From the NCBI GenBank assembly GCA_944391415.1, contig CALXTM010000005.1, forward strand, positions 17,433-81,432: a stretch of DNA of 64,000 bases. The letters run 5' to 3'. The first letter of the stretch is position 1; each line of letters begins with the position of its first letter. The DNA is from an uncultured Alphaproteobacteria bacterium. Lineage in GTDB: Bacteria; Pseudomonadota; Alphaproteobacteria; RF32; CAG-239. Position numbers and translations under genes: made by a program. Below the pieces are notes generated by a model. It saw only the letters and a program-made list of their open reading frames with translations. It had not been told where the DNA came from and did no database searches. Positions 18,646 to 28,182 of the stretch are shown in pieces.

Positions 18646-19578
18646 ATGAGCGGTGTCCAAATTCCTTCTTTTACTACTACTGATGAAACTGGTGTAACAT
18701 GGGTCGCTTTATGGGATGAAAGTGGTAAAATTTCATATTCAGGCAAAGACAAGAATGGTAACTCTATAAACACCACACCCCCCGCCTCTATCATAAAAAA
18801 GGCTCGTGACTATGGAGCAAGTTTTAACAACGAGAAAGAACCGTCACCATACGAAAAAAAGCCGGAAAAAACCGACAAAGAAAATAAATCTGACACTCCT
18901 AAGACTAGAGAAAATCCTGTCATTAACAGCCTTGTTAAAAAATACCCCAACCTATCTTGCGTAATATATAATTCCGAAAATAATACTATTTCATTTAAAC
19001 CGAATTCTCTAAACAAAATTATAGGCGACGAAATCAGTAAAGAAGACACGGAAAGTATCTGCAGTTATTTCCAACAATTTGAAAAAACAGGTTTTACCAA
19101 TGATCGACCCCGCGGTCTTATTAACAAATTTAAGGCAAACGCAAAATCTTTAGGTAAAGGTTTTATTGTGGATATAAAACACAGCAATTATCAAGCATGG
19201 AATCAGCTTAAACAATTAGGCAAACTGCCTATCAGAATGGCCTCAGATTTTTACAAGACTTTTAAACTGATCAGCCAAGGTAAATTTAGAGAACTGCGTG
19301 ATAGAGCTGCCCTACGAGTTCACGACAACCTAGAGGCTTTAGGTATTTTATCAGACAATATGCAGCAGCGCATTGACACTGCCAACAAACGTATTGAAGC
19401 ACGTTTAGGTATTAAAGACCGCACCAAAAACCCCAACTATTTAGCTAACTTTTATGGCAGACAGGTAAGAGATGTAAAGGCATTGTTTAATAGATTGCGC
19501 GGTAGAGAGGAAAATTCTCAAAAACTCAAACCATCAACAGTCGGTATTAACTCCAACAACAAAGGTATATCCAGATAA
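18646..19578 (+). CDS. Hypothetical protein B (orphan, 310 aa)
   Basis: Good RBS, own promoter and own terminator. A low-complexity K/E/P-rich segment spans about residues 60-95. It shares the FREL-x8-HDNL motif with protein A. Confidence 0.65.
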   Translation: MSGVQIPSFTTTDETGVTWVALWDESGKISYSGKDKNGNSINTTPPASIIKKARDYGASFNNEKEPSPYEKKPEKTDKENKSDTPKTRENPVINSLVKKYPNLSCVIYNSENNTISFKPNSLNKIIGDEISKEDTESICSYFQQFEKTGFTNDRPRGLINKFKANAKSLGKGFIVDIKHSNYQAWNQLKQLGKLPIRMASDFYKTFKLISQGKFRELRDRAALRVHDNLEALGILSDNMQQRIDTANKRIEARLGIKDRTKNPNYLANFYGRQVRDVKALFNRLRGREENSQKLKPSTVGINSNNKGISR

Positions 19579-19595
19579 GCTAGTTGCTATTAACT

Positions 19596-19640
19596 AAAAA
19601 TCCCAAGTCTCGGTCCTAAAACCAAAACTTGGGATTTTTT
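19596..19640. terminator. Bidirectional terminator
   Basis: aaaaatcccaagt (19596-19608) pairs with acttgggattttt (19627-19639). Confidence 0.75.
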
Positions 19641-19641
19641 C

Positions 19642-20055
19642 TTATAACACCCCCACAACCCAGGATGTATAAATAACACTCTGCGGGGTAAAACTTTTTT
19701 GTAAAGATACCCCTTTGCGACTAATCACCTCAGCCACCATACTGGTTGCAGCATCAAGCATTGCGGCCTTTGGCTCCTTGCAGAAGACAGACCCTTTCTT
19801 AATCTCCTTCAGCATATTTTTTATAGACACCTTTTGCTCCGTCACGTTTGGTGCCTCCTGCATCTGCTCCAACTGGTACAAGTCTTCTTCCAGCACCCGC
19901 TGAAAGTTTTCTTTGCTATCAGTCTTAAACGCGATGACATCCACCGCATTATTTTCTGATTTCAGCGTGCCAATCCAAACAAAATTCAAATTGGTTGGCA
20001 GGTTTTCAACCGGAACAAACAACGTTCCGTGAAACATAAATTGTTCTTGTCTCAT
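19642..20055 (-). CDS. Hypothetical protein C (orphan, 137 aa)
   Basis: ORF lying 118 nt downstream of htpG on the same strand. I recognised no family. Confidence 0.45.
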   Translation of the reverse strand: MRQEQFMFHGTLFVPVENLPTNLNFVWIGTLKSENNAVDVIAFKTDSKENFQRVLEEDLYQLEQMQEAPNVTEQKVSIKNMLKEIKKGSVFCKEPKAAMLDAATSMVAEVISRKGVSLQKSFTPQSVIYTSWVVGVL

Positions 20056-20173
20056 AAATAATATAGGGCATTTATGTTATATCACAGCACTTGCCCAAGG
20101 AACGGCGATATTATAAAATAATCAAAAGCAAATCTATTAATATCACATTTTCCCCATTATGGCAAGCCCCGTT

Positions 20174-22015
20174 TTATGCAATATCTTTCAAGATATATTG
20201 ACTTATCTTTTCGGCATAAAACGACGGGTCGCTAATTGCCTCACCTTCGGCCACTTTAGCCTGATCAAGCAATATCTTGGCTACTTCTTCAACCTTGGCT
20301 TTGTTTTTATCATCCATTACCATATCTGCCAGTTTTATAATCAGCGGATGATATGGATTAAGCTCCAAAACACGGGTCGAAGCAAACATGGTTTGTTGTT
20401 GGTGGTTTCGCATCAAGCGCTCCAGATGCAGACTCATCTGCCCGCCCTCAACCGTCAGGCTAACAGGCGATGCAGTCAATTTTTCGGTTGGGGTTACCTT
20501 GCCCACTTCATTAGACAACAGTTTTTGCATAAATTCGCAAAGCTTGCCCAAAGAACCTTCATCGGCTTTTTTCTCATCCCGTTTCCAGCTCATATCGGCA
20601 TCGGCCTGTGAAATATGTTTAACGGCATAGCCCTTATAGTTTGGCAAAACCTGCGGCCAAAACTCATCAATCGGGTCACAAAGGAGCAAAACCTCCCATC
20701 CTTTTTGTTTGAATGCCTCGAGCTGCGGATTATTACGCATAATATTGATATCATCACCGGTGATATAGTAGATACTCTTTTGCTCCTTATCGCAACGGCC
20801 GATGTATTCATCCAAAGTGGTCATCTTGTTCTCATCATTGGTCGAATGAAAATAAGATATCGCGGCAATCTCTTCCCGATTCTTAAAGTCTTCGTAGATT
20901 CCCTCTTTCAACACAATGCCGAAATTGTTCCAAAACTTAATATAGTCGTCATAATTTTTGGCTCTTTTCTGCAATTCTTTAAGCAGACGGCTGACTGTTC
21001 CGGCTTTAATTTTTTCTATCAAGGCTGAGTGCTGCAACATCTCGCGCGAGATATTAAGCGGCAAATCGGCGCTGTCGATAATTCCTTTGACAAAACGCAG
21101 ATAATTTGGCATCAGCTCTTCCAGCTTATCCGAGATAAACACCTTATTAATATAAAGTTTAAGCGAGTTCTTTTTATCCGGCTGGAACAAATCATACGGC
21201 GCGGTTGAAGGAATAAACAACAACCCCGTATATTCGATATTGCCCTCGGCCTTAAAGTGCAATGTCAGCCACGGGTCATCAAAATTGTGCGAGATATGAT
21301 GATAAAATTCTTTGTATTGATCCTCGGTAATTTCGGCTTTATTACGTGTCCAAAGAGCCGACCCGGTGTTGATGGTTTCTTCACCCGCCTTGCCCAAGTC
21401 CAAAACAATCGGATACGCAATATGATCAGAATACGTGCGAACAATCTGACGCAAATAGATGGTATCGACATAATTTTTCTCATCTTTTTTCAAAAACAGC
21501 TTAATATCCGTACCGTTTTTGTCTTTTTCAGCTTCCACGATTTCAAAACCGTCAATGCCGTTTGACGTCCATTTCCAAGCTTTGTCTTCGCCGGCTTTAC
21601 GAGTGATAATCTCGACCTCATCTGCCACCATAAAGGCCGAATAAAACCCAACACCGAACTGGCCGATAAGCTCACAAACCGAGCCATTATCGGCGGCATT
21701 TTTTACAAACTCCGCCGTACCCGATTTGGCAATTGTGCCAAGATGAGCAATCAAATCCTCCTTGTTCATACCGATACCGTTATCGGATATGGTCAAAGTC
21801 AGATTTTTTTCATCCGGGGTCAACACAATCCTAAACGCGCCCGATGCTTTGGCAATATCAGGATGTGTTAGTGCCAAATATTTCAACTTATCGCAGGCAT
21901 CCGATGCATTTGAAATCAGCTCCCGCAAAAAAATTTGTTTTTCCGAATATAAAGAATTGATAACGATATCAAGCATCTTGCTGACATCGGCCTGAAAAGC
22001 CATTTTATCCGCCAT
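20174..22015 (-). CDS. htpG: Molecular chaperone HtpG (Hsp90)
   Basis: 613 aa with LRELISNASDACDKL (GHKL ATPase N-box) and GQFGVGFYSAF. Confidence 0.95.
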   Translation of the reverse strand: MADKMAFQADVSKMLDIVINSLYSEKQIFLRELISNASDACDKLKYLALTHPDIAKASGAFRIVLTPDEKNLTLTISDNGIGMNKEDLIAHLGTIAKSGTAEFVKNAADNGSVCELIGQFGVGFYSAFMVADEVEIITRKAGEDKAWKWTSNGIDGFEIVEAEKDKNGTDIKLFLKKDEKNYVDTIYLRQIVRTYSDHIAYPIVLDLGKAGEETINTGSALWTRNKAEITEDQYKEFYHHISHNFDDPWLTLHFKAEGNIEYTGLLFIPSTAPYDLFQPDKKNSLKLYINKVFISDKLEELMPNYLRFVKGIIDSADLPLNISREMLQHSALIEKIKAGTVSRLLKELQKRAKNYDDYIKFWNNFGIVLKEGIYEDFKNREEIAAISYFHSTNDENKMTTLDEYIGRCDKEQKSIYYITGDDINIMRNNPQLEAFKQKGWEVLLLCDPIDEFWPQVLPNYKGYAVKHISQADADMSWKRDEKKADEGSLGKLCEFMQKLLSNEVGKVTPTEKLTASPVSLTVEGGQMSLHLERLMRNHQQQTMFASTRVLELNPYHPLIIKLADMVMDDKNKAKVEEVAKILLDQAKVAEGEAISDPSFYAEKISQYILKDIA

Positions 22016-22052
22016 TGTTATATCTCCTAAAAAAACTTCATTACTTATCCAT

Positions 22053-22083
22053 TTAGTTAGTAATTTTTTTAGAGCAATGCAAG
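22053..22083 (-). promoter_or_regulatory. Candidate heat-shock promoter of htpG
   Basis: The minus strand reads CTTGCAT-N14-TACTAACTAA. CTTG and ACTAACTAA sit at the same relative positions (1-4 and 23-31) as upstream of groES. Confidence 0.45.
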
Positions 22084-22159
22084 ATTATGCTTGATTTATT
22101 TTTCAGAAAGTATAAATTATGGTTTGTTTTTTGAAACAACTATTGGAGTTAAGATTAAA

Positions 22160-22399
22160 ATGGTATCTGTTGTAAATGATGCTTGTGTAAAGTGCAAAAC
22201 TTGTGCCGAAGTATGCCCGGTTGATGCATTTCACGAGGCTGAGAACATGTTGGTTATTGATCCTGATACTTGCATTGATTGCGGTGTCTGCATTTCTGAG
22301 TGCCCTCAAGAAGCCATCACCCCAGAAGACGAGGCTGATGAAAAATGGATTAAATATGCTCAGGAAAATGCAAAAAATCTTCCCAATGCAAATGAGTAA
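22160..22399 (+). CDS. 2x[4Fe-4S] ferredoxin
   Basis: The ATG at 22160 follows ggag. Motifs [12 protein letters not shown] and [12 protein letters not shown] are present. 79 aa. Confidence 0.85.
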   Translation: MVSVVNDACVKCKTCAEVCPVDAFHEAENMLVIDPDTCIDCGVCISECPQEAITPEDEADEKWIKYAQENAKNLPNANE

Positions 22400-22424
22400 G
22401 ATTTTAGCCTGAAAATAAATAGCC

Positions 22425-22458
22425 AACTCCTCTTTTGCAGCAAAAGAGGAGTTTTTTA
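22425..22458 (+). terminator. Ferredoxin terminator
   Basis: aactcctctttt (22425-22436) pairs with aaaagaggagtt (22442-22453), followed by a T-run. Confidence 0.75.
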
Positions 22459-22476
22459 AGTTAAAGGATAAGCAAG

Positions 22477-23502
22477 ATGATTCAAAAAAGCGAAAATGCA
22501 ACTTACTATGATGTCGTAGGTATAGGCAATGCCATAATTGATGTTTTGGCCAAGGTTGGCGACATGTTTCTAACCGAGCGCAACTTGCCCAAAAGTTGCA
22601 TGACGCTTCTCAATGCCCAAGATGCCGGCAAGATTTATGCCGACATTGTGCCGGAGCGTGAAATTCCCGGCGGCTCTGCTGCCAACACTGTTGCCGGCAT
22701 TGCCTCGCTTGGCGGCGCCCCTGCTTTTATCGGCAAAATTCATGATGATGAGCTCGGACAAGAATTCACTCGCGATATTGGTGCTGCCGGGGTAGACTTT
22801 TTCACCAAACCCTTAAATGAAGGGCCGGTCACCGGCCGTTCCATTGTGCTTGTCACCCCCGATGCCATGCGTTCAATGTTTACCTACCTTGGGGCCAACA
22901 CTCACTTAAGTGCTGACGATGTCGACGAAAACATCATCAAAGCAAGCCGCATCACTTATTTGGAAGGCTATCTGCTTGACTATGAGCATGGGCTTGAAAT
23001 CTGCCAAAAGGCTTCCTCTCTTGCCCACAAATATGGCCGCAGGGTTGCCTTTTCTCTGTCTGACATCAGCTGTGTCAAAGGCAAAGAGCAACAAATCTTG
23101 CATTTCATCAAAGAACAAGTAGATATTTTGTTTGCCAACGATGCCGAACTTTGTGCCTTATTTAACGGCGAAGACTTTTACAAATGTCTTGATTTAATCA
23201 AGCCCGAGGTTGAAATTGCCGCCATCACGCGTGGCGCCAAAGGCTCGGTAATTGTTAACGGCCGCACCAAAACCTTTGTTGAAGCCGAAAAGGTCGAAAA
23301 TGTTGTAGATACTACCGGTGCCGGTGACCTGTTTGCCGCCGGTTTTCTATATGGCCTCACTCAGGGGCGATCGCTTGGTACTTGCGCCATTATCGGCTCA
23401 ATTGCCGCAGCCGAGGTTATATCGCACTATGGCGCCAGGCCTGAGGTTGCATTGCGAGGGCTGGTTCGCAATAAACTTATTTCCTATGGCAAACGAGCTT
23501 AA
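22477..23502 (+). CDS. PfkB-family carbohydrate/nucleoside kinase (adenosine kinase-like)
   Basis: GGSAANT and the C-terminal DTTGAGDLFAAGFLYG signature of the ribokinase/PfkB family. Confidence 0.75.
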   Translation: MIQKSENATYYDVVGIGNAIIDVLAKVGDMFLTERNLPKSCMTLLNAQDAGKIYADIVPEREIPGGSAANTVAGIASLGGAPAFIGKIHDDELGQEFTRDIGAAGVDFFTKPLNEGPVTGRSIVLVTPDAMRSMFTYLGANTHLSADDVDENIIKASRITYLEGYLLDYEHGLEICQKASSLAHKYGRRVAFSLSDISCVKGKEQQILHFIKEQVDILFANDAELCALFNGEDFYKCLDLIKPEVEIAAITRGAKGSVIVNGRTKTFVEAEKVENVVDTTGAGDLFAAGFLYGLTQGRSLGTCAIIGSIAAAEVISHYGARPEVALRGLVRNKLISYGKRA

Positions 23503-23595
23503 AAAAATTTTTTGTACGGTATTGAAATTTAATTTCAAAAGTGTATTGTTAAGCAAATTTAGCCCACAACTAATAAAATTGCAGGAATAAAAAAG

Positions 23596-25413
23596 ATGAA
23601 CATGAGAAATATTGCCATTATTGCTCACGTTGACCATGGCAAGACCACTCTGGTTGATGGTCTGTTGAAGCAAAGCGGCACTTTTAGAGATAACCAACAG
23701 GTTGAGACCTGTGTGATGGACAGCAATGAGCTGGAGCGCGAAAGAGGCATCACCATTTTGTCAAAATGCACTTCGGTTACATGGCACGGAACTCATATTA
23801 ATATTGTCGACACCCCCGGCCACGCCGATTTTGGTGGCGAAGTAGAACGCATTTTGTCGATGGTTGACGGCGTTGTTTTATTGGTCGACGCCTCCGAAGG
23901 CCCAATGCCGCAGACCAAATTTGTCCTTGGCAAAGCTTTAAAATTAGGCCTTTGCCCGATTGTTGTCATCAACAAAGCCGACAAACCTGATGCTCGCTGC
24001 GACGAAGTATTAAACGAGGTTTTTGACCTGTTTGTCAGCCTCAATGCCAATGACAAGCAGCTTGATTTTCCGATACTTTATGCCTCGGGACGCAATGGCT
24101 GGGCCGTCAAAGATTTGCAGGACGAAAAGAAAGATTTAACCCCGCTGTTTGAGATGATTTGTTCCTATTTTCCGGAGCCCAATTGTCAACCTGATGCACC
24201 ATTTTCTATGCTTGCTACCACGCTTGAATCAAACAAATTTATCGGTCGTCTTCTGACCGGCAAGATTCAATCAGGTACTTTGCATCTAAATGATACTGTC
24301 AAAGTTCTCAATGGCGACAATCAAGAAATAGAAAGAGTTCGTATCAGCAAGATTTTGGCCTATCGCGGCCTTACTCGTGATAGTTTGCAAGAGGCTCATG
24401 CCGGTGACATTGTTGCCGTTGCCGGTGTGGTAAAGGGAACCGTGGCTGATACGATTTGTGCCTTGGATGTAACCCAAGCTATTCATGCCCAACCGATTGA
24501 TCCCCCAACCCTGGCTATGACTTTTTCAATCAATGATTCGCCGTTATCTGGCCGCGAGGGCGACAAGGTTACTTCGCGTATGATTTGGGACAGGCTCTGC
24601 AAAGAAGCCGAGGGTAACATTGCCCTAAAGATTTCGCGTACCGATTCTACCGATTCTTTTGAGGTCGCTGGCCGTGGTGAGTTGCAACTTGGTGTTTTAA
24701 TAGAGACGATGCGTCGCGAGGGATTTGAGCTATCGATTTCGCGTCCCAGAGTTTTGATGAAAAAGGATGCCAACGGCCAACTCCTAGAACCGGTTGAAGA
24801 AGTCGTTGTCGATGTTGATGAGGAGTTTTCCGGTCCTGTTGTCGAAAAACTTGGTCGCCGCAGAGCCGAGTTGGTTGAGATGATCCCATCCCAAGCCGGC
24901 AACAAATGTCGTCTGATATTCAATGCTCCCTCACGTGGCCTTATCGGCTATCATTCCGAGTTTTTGACCGACACCCGTGGTACCGGTGTAATGAACCGTA
25001 TTTTCAAGGCCTATGAACCCTACAAAGGCGAGATAGAAGGACGCCGCACCGGTGTTCTGATATCATCCGAGACCGGCACCGCTATTGCCTATTCTTTGTG
25101 GAAATTGCAAGAACGCGGACCAATGTTTATTGACCCGGGTGTTCCGGTATATACCGGCATGATTATCGGTGAGCATACCAAACCCAACGATTTGGAGGTT
25201 AACCCCTGCAAGGCCAAACAATTGACCAACATCAGAGCCGCCGGCAAGGACGAGGCCATAGATCTTATCCCGCCGCGTAAAATGAGCCTTGAACAAAGCT
25301 TGTCTTATATTCAAGAAGACGAATTGTTGGAAGTAACCCCAAAGACTTTGCGTCTGCGCAAACGCATTCTTGACCCGATAGCAAGACGTCGCGCCAAACC
25401 TGATGTAATGTAA
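23596..25413 (+). CDS. typA: Translational GTPase TypA/BipA
   Basis: AHVDHGKTTL, DTPGHADFGGEV and NKADK motifs. 605 aa with EF-G-like domain order. Confidence 0.95.
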   Translation: MNMRNIAIIAHVDHGKTTLVDGLLKQSGTFRDNQQVETCVMDSNELERERGITILSKCTSVTWHGTHINIVDTPGHADFGGEVERILSMVDGVVLLVDASEGPMPQTKFVLGKALKLGLCPIVVINKADKPDARCDEVLNEVFDLFVSLNANDKQLDFPILYASGRNGWAVKDLQDEKKDLTPLFEMICSYFPEPNCQPDAPFSMLATTLESNKFIGRLLTGKIQSGTLHLNDTVKVLNGDNQEIERVRISKILAYRGLTRDSLQEAHAGDIVAVAGVVKGTVADTICALDVTQAIHAQPIDPPTLAMTFSINDSPLSGREGDKVTSRMIWDRLCKEAEGNIALKISRTDSTDSFEVAGRGELQLGVLIETMRREGFELSISRPRVLMKKDANGQLLEPVEEVVVDVDEEFSGPVVEKLGRRRAELVEMIPSQAGNKCRLIFNAPSRGLIGYHSEFLTDTRGTGVMNRIFKAYEPYKGEIEGRRTGVLISSETGTAIAYSLWKLQERGPMFIDPGVPVYTGMIIGEHTKPNDLEVNPCKAKQLTNIRAAGKDEAIDLIPPRKMSLEQSLSYIQEDELLEVTPKTLRLRKRILDPIARRRAKPDVM

Positions 25414-25420
25414 AAAAATC

Positions 25421-25451
25421 AAGGGAAGATAAAATATCTTCCCTTTTTTAT
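25421..25451 (+). terminator. typA terminator
   Basis: aagggaagat (25421-25430) pairs with atcttccctt (25436-25445), followed by a T-run. Confidence 0.75.
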
Positions 25452-25682
25452 TACCATCAATATTGTCTCAGACAAATTTTTTCACCCTTTTTGCAACCTT
25501 ATCTATTTCAATCACCTCTTTCGCAAAATGACCAAAAATAGTTGACAGGATATAAAAAATATTATAGCTCTCCTTACAAATAACATATTACATAAAAATT
25601 ATTAAAACAAATACCCTTACATATAAGGTAAGCTCAAAGGAAGCGCCCAATACCTTTATCCAAAACTTTGGAAAAAATTATT

Positions 25683-25802
25683 ATGGGAAGAGGTTATTAT
25701 CAAGGCCCTGATGGAGACTATTATCAGACCGAAGGTGATGGAAAAGATGTAGAGCCTGCACCTGATTCTACTCCTGAATCTGAGGATTCCCAAAAAAACT
25801 AA
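25683..25802 (+). CDS. Candidate small acidic protein (39 aa)
   Basis: MGRGYYQGPDGDYYQTEGDGKDVEPAPDSTPESEDSQKN. It is below the ORF-track cutoff, has a weak RBS, and a dedicated terminator starts 18 nt downstream. Confidence 0.35.
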   Translation: MGRGYYQGPDGDYYQTEGDGKDVEPAPDSTPESEDSQKN

Positions 25803-25819
25803 TTCGGCCGGTATTTTTC

Positions 25820-25852
25820 AAAGACTCCCCTCAAAAGAGGAGAGTCTTTTTC
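25820..25852 (+). terminator. Terminator after the small ORF
   Basis: aaagactcccctc pairs with gaggagagtcttt (one mismatch), followed by a T-run. Confidence 0.6.
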
Positions 25853-25869
25853 TATTAATCAGACTTTGC

Positions 25870-25905
25870 AAAAAAAATCCCCTGTCACACAAACAGGGGA
25901 TTTTC
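25870..25905 (-). terminator. pnp terminator
   Basis: Minus-strand stem atcccctgt / acaggggat followed by T8. Confidence 0.75.
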
Positions 25906-25924
25906 ATTATTTGAAAAAAGTTCC

Positions 25925-28045
25925 TTACTTTTCCAAATCTTCACCGGTTTCTTGGTTAACTCTCTTGGCCGAGAGTTTAATTTTGCCGCGGTTGTCCGCG
26001 CCCAAGCATTTAACCCAGATCTGGTCACCTTCTTTATAATAGTCAGAAACCGAGGCAATCCTCTCGTTTTTAACTTCAGAAATATGAACCAAACCCTCGG
26101 TCGTACCAAGGAATCTTACAAATGCACCAAAGTCCATAATTTTGGTAATGGTGCCGTGATAGATTTTGCCCATCTCAGGCTCTGCCACAATACCGGTAAT
26201 CCATTCCAAGGCGGCATCGCCATCCTCTTTTTTCATCGAGGCAATTTTAACCACACCATCGTCAGTAATATCAATTTTGGTATGTGTTTTCTCGACAATT
26301 TCGCGAATAACTTTACCGCCGGTACCAATAACCTCGCGGATTTTATCAACCGGTATTTTAATTGCTACAATACGCGGTGCTCTGTCAGATACGTGCGGTC
26401 TTGGCTCAGATATTGCTTTTGCCATTTCACCCAAGATGTGGATACGTCCCTCATGCGCTTGAATTAGGGCTTTTTGCATAATTTCTTTGGTAATGGAGGT
26501 AATTTTAATATCCATCTGCAAAGCTGTCACACCATCCTTGGTACCGGCAACCTTAAAGTCCATATCACCAAGGTGGTCTTCATCACCCAAAATATCGGTC
26601 AAAATGGCAACTCTGCCGTCATCTTCCTTAATCAAGCCCATGGCAATACCGGCCACAGGTTTACGCATCGGCACACCGGCTGCCATCAAAGACATGGTCG
26701 TACCGCAAACTGTTGCCATTGATGAAGAACCATTTGATTCCATAATTTCAGATACAACACGAATGGTATAAGGAAACGCGTCTTTATCTTTTGGCATCAT
26801 CGGATGAATTGCGCGCCAAGCTAATTTGCCATGACCAATCTCGCGGCGCCCTGGTGAGCCCAAACGACCACATTCACCAACCGAATACGGCGGGAAGTTA
26901 TAGTTCAACATAAAGTCTTCTTTTGCTTCATCGAACAAGCCATCAATAATCTGGGCATCTTCGCCGGTTCCCAAGGTGGTAACCACCAAGGCTTGCGTTT
27001 CACCTCTGGTAAACAAGGCCGAACCATGGGTCGTCGGCAACACGTCAACTTCGCACTGTATCGGGCGAACTGTTTTGGTGTCGCGGCCGTCAATACGATG
27101 ACCGGTTGTCAGAACCTTTTCTCTAACAACTTTGTGCATCAATTTTTCAATTACATCATTAATATAGCGATTTTCAATCTCGTTTTCTGGATCAATGGTG
27201 GCTTTAACTTCTTCCGAAACTTGGCCAACCAAAGTACCGCGGGTCAATTTGTCGGTTTCTTCAAAAGCTTTGGCATATTTAGCCTCGAAATCCTTCTCGA
27301 CTCTGGCATACAAAGCGTCAAACTCCGGCGGAAATACCGGCATTTCCCAGGGCTCTTTACCGGCATCTTTTTTCAAATCGTTAATCAAATCAATAACCGG
27401 CTGAAAGTTTTCAAAACCAAACATAACCGCGCCCAACATAACTTCTTCCGACAGTTCGTTGGCCTCGGATTCAACCATCAAAACACCTTCTTTGGTACCG
27501 GCTACCGCCAATTCCAAATCCGAAGTTTTTTGTTCTTCCATTGTTGGATTAAGAATATATTTTCCGTCTTTATAACCGATTTTGGCTGCCCCGATTGGCC
27601 CCAAGAACGGGATTCCCGACACTGCCAACGCTGCCGATGCCGCAATCATGGCCACAACATCAGAATCTGTTTCTTTATCATGCGCCAACACGGTACAAAC
27701 AACCTGCACCTCATTTTTGAAAGCATCCGGAAACAACGGGCGTATCGGTCTGTCAATCAAACGCGAAATTAAAACTTCACGCTCGGACGGTTTGCCCTCT
27801 CTTTTCATAAAACCGCCAGGCACCTTACCGGTTGCATAATATTTTTCCTGATAGTTAACTGTCAAAGGAAAGAAATCCTGATCAGCATTTACCTCTTTCG
27901 CGGCACACACCGTTCCGTGAACAACTGTTTGCCCATAAGTAACCACTACCGAACCGGCAGCCTGTCGTGAAATTTTTCCTGTCTCCAAAACTAACTTGCG
28001 TCCGCCCCATTCCATCTCTTTGCGGACTGTATTAAATTCGATCAT
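25925..28045 (-). CDS. pnp: Polyribonucleotide nucleotidyltransferase (PNPase)
   Basis: 706 aa with two RNase PH domains and C-terminal KH plus S1 domains ([18 protein letters not shown]). Confidence 0.97.
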   Translation of the reverse strand: MIEFNTVRKEMEWGGRKLVLETGKISRQAAGSVVVTYGQTVVHGTVCAAKEVNADQDFFPLTVNYQEKYYATGKVPGGFMKREGKPSEREVLISRLIDRPIRPLFPDAFKNEVQVVCTVLAHDKETDSDVVAMIAASAALAVSGIPFLGPIGAAKIGYKDGKYILNPTMEEQKTSDLELAVAGTKEGVLMVESEANELSEEVMLGAVMFGFENFQPVIDLINDLKKDAGKEPWEMPVFPPEFDALYARVEKDFEAKYAKAFEETDKLTRGTLVGQVSEEVKATIDPENEIENRYINDVIEKLMHKVVREKVLTTGHRIDGRDTKTVRPIQCEVDVLPTTHGSALFTRGETQALVVTTLGTGEDAQIIDGLFDEAKEDFMLNYNFPPYSVGECGRLGSPGRREIGHGKLAWRAIHPMMPKDKDAFPYTIRVVSEIMESNGSSSMATVCGTTMSLMAAGVPMRKPVAGIAMGLIKEDDGRVAILTDILGDEDHLGDMDFKVAGTKDGVTALQMDIKITSITKEIMQKALIQAHEGRIHILGEMAKAISEPRPHVSDRAPRIVAIKIPVDKIREVIGTGGKVIREIVEKTHTKIDITDDGVVKIASMKKEDGDAALEWITGIVAEPEMGKIYHGTITKIMDFGAFVRFLGTTEGLVHISEVKNERIASVSDYYKEGDQIWVKCLGADNRGKIKLSAKRVNQETGEDLEK

Positions 28046-28182
28046 ATTTCTTTACCTTTCATTATCCATATAACCTCTACCTGCCCCATGCAGGATTTTT
28101 TATTTTTTACTCTCCAAAAGAGCAAAATATTATACAGATTGCGGAGCTTGTTTTAAGCCCCGCGATCCATAAATTCATCATA

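Noticed and set aside
25542-25570. A sigma70 promoter for the small ORF (TTGACA at 25542).
   Set aside because: No acceptable -10 hexamer lies at 16-18 nt spacing. TATAGC sits at 15 nt and TAGCTC at 17 nt. I mention it only as uncertain in the finding.
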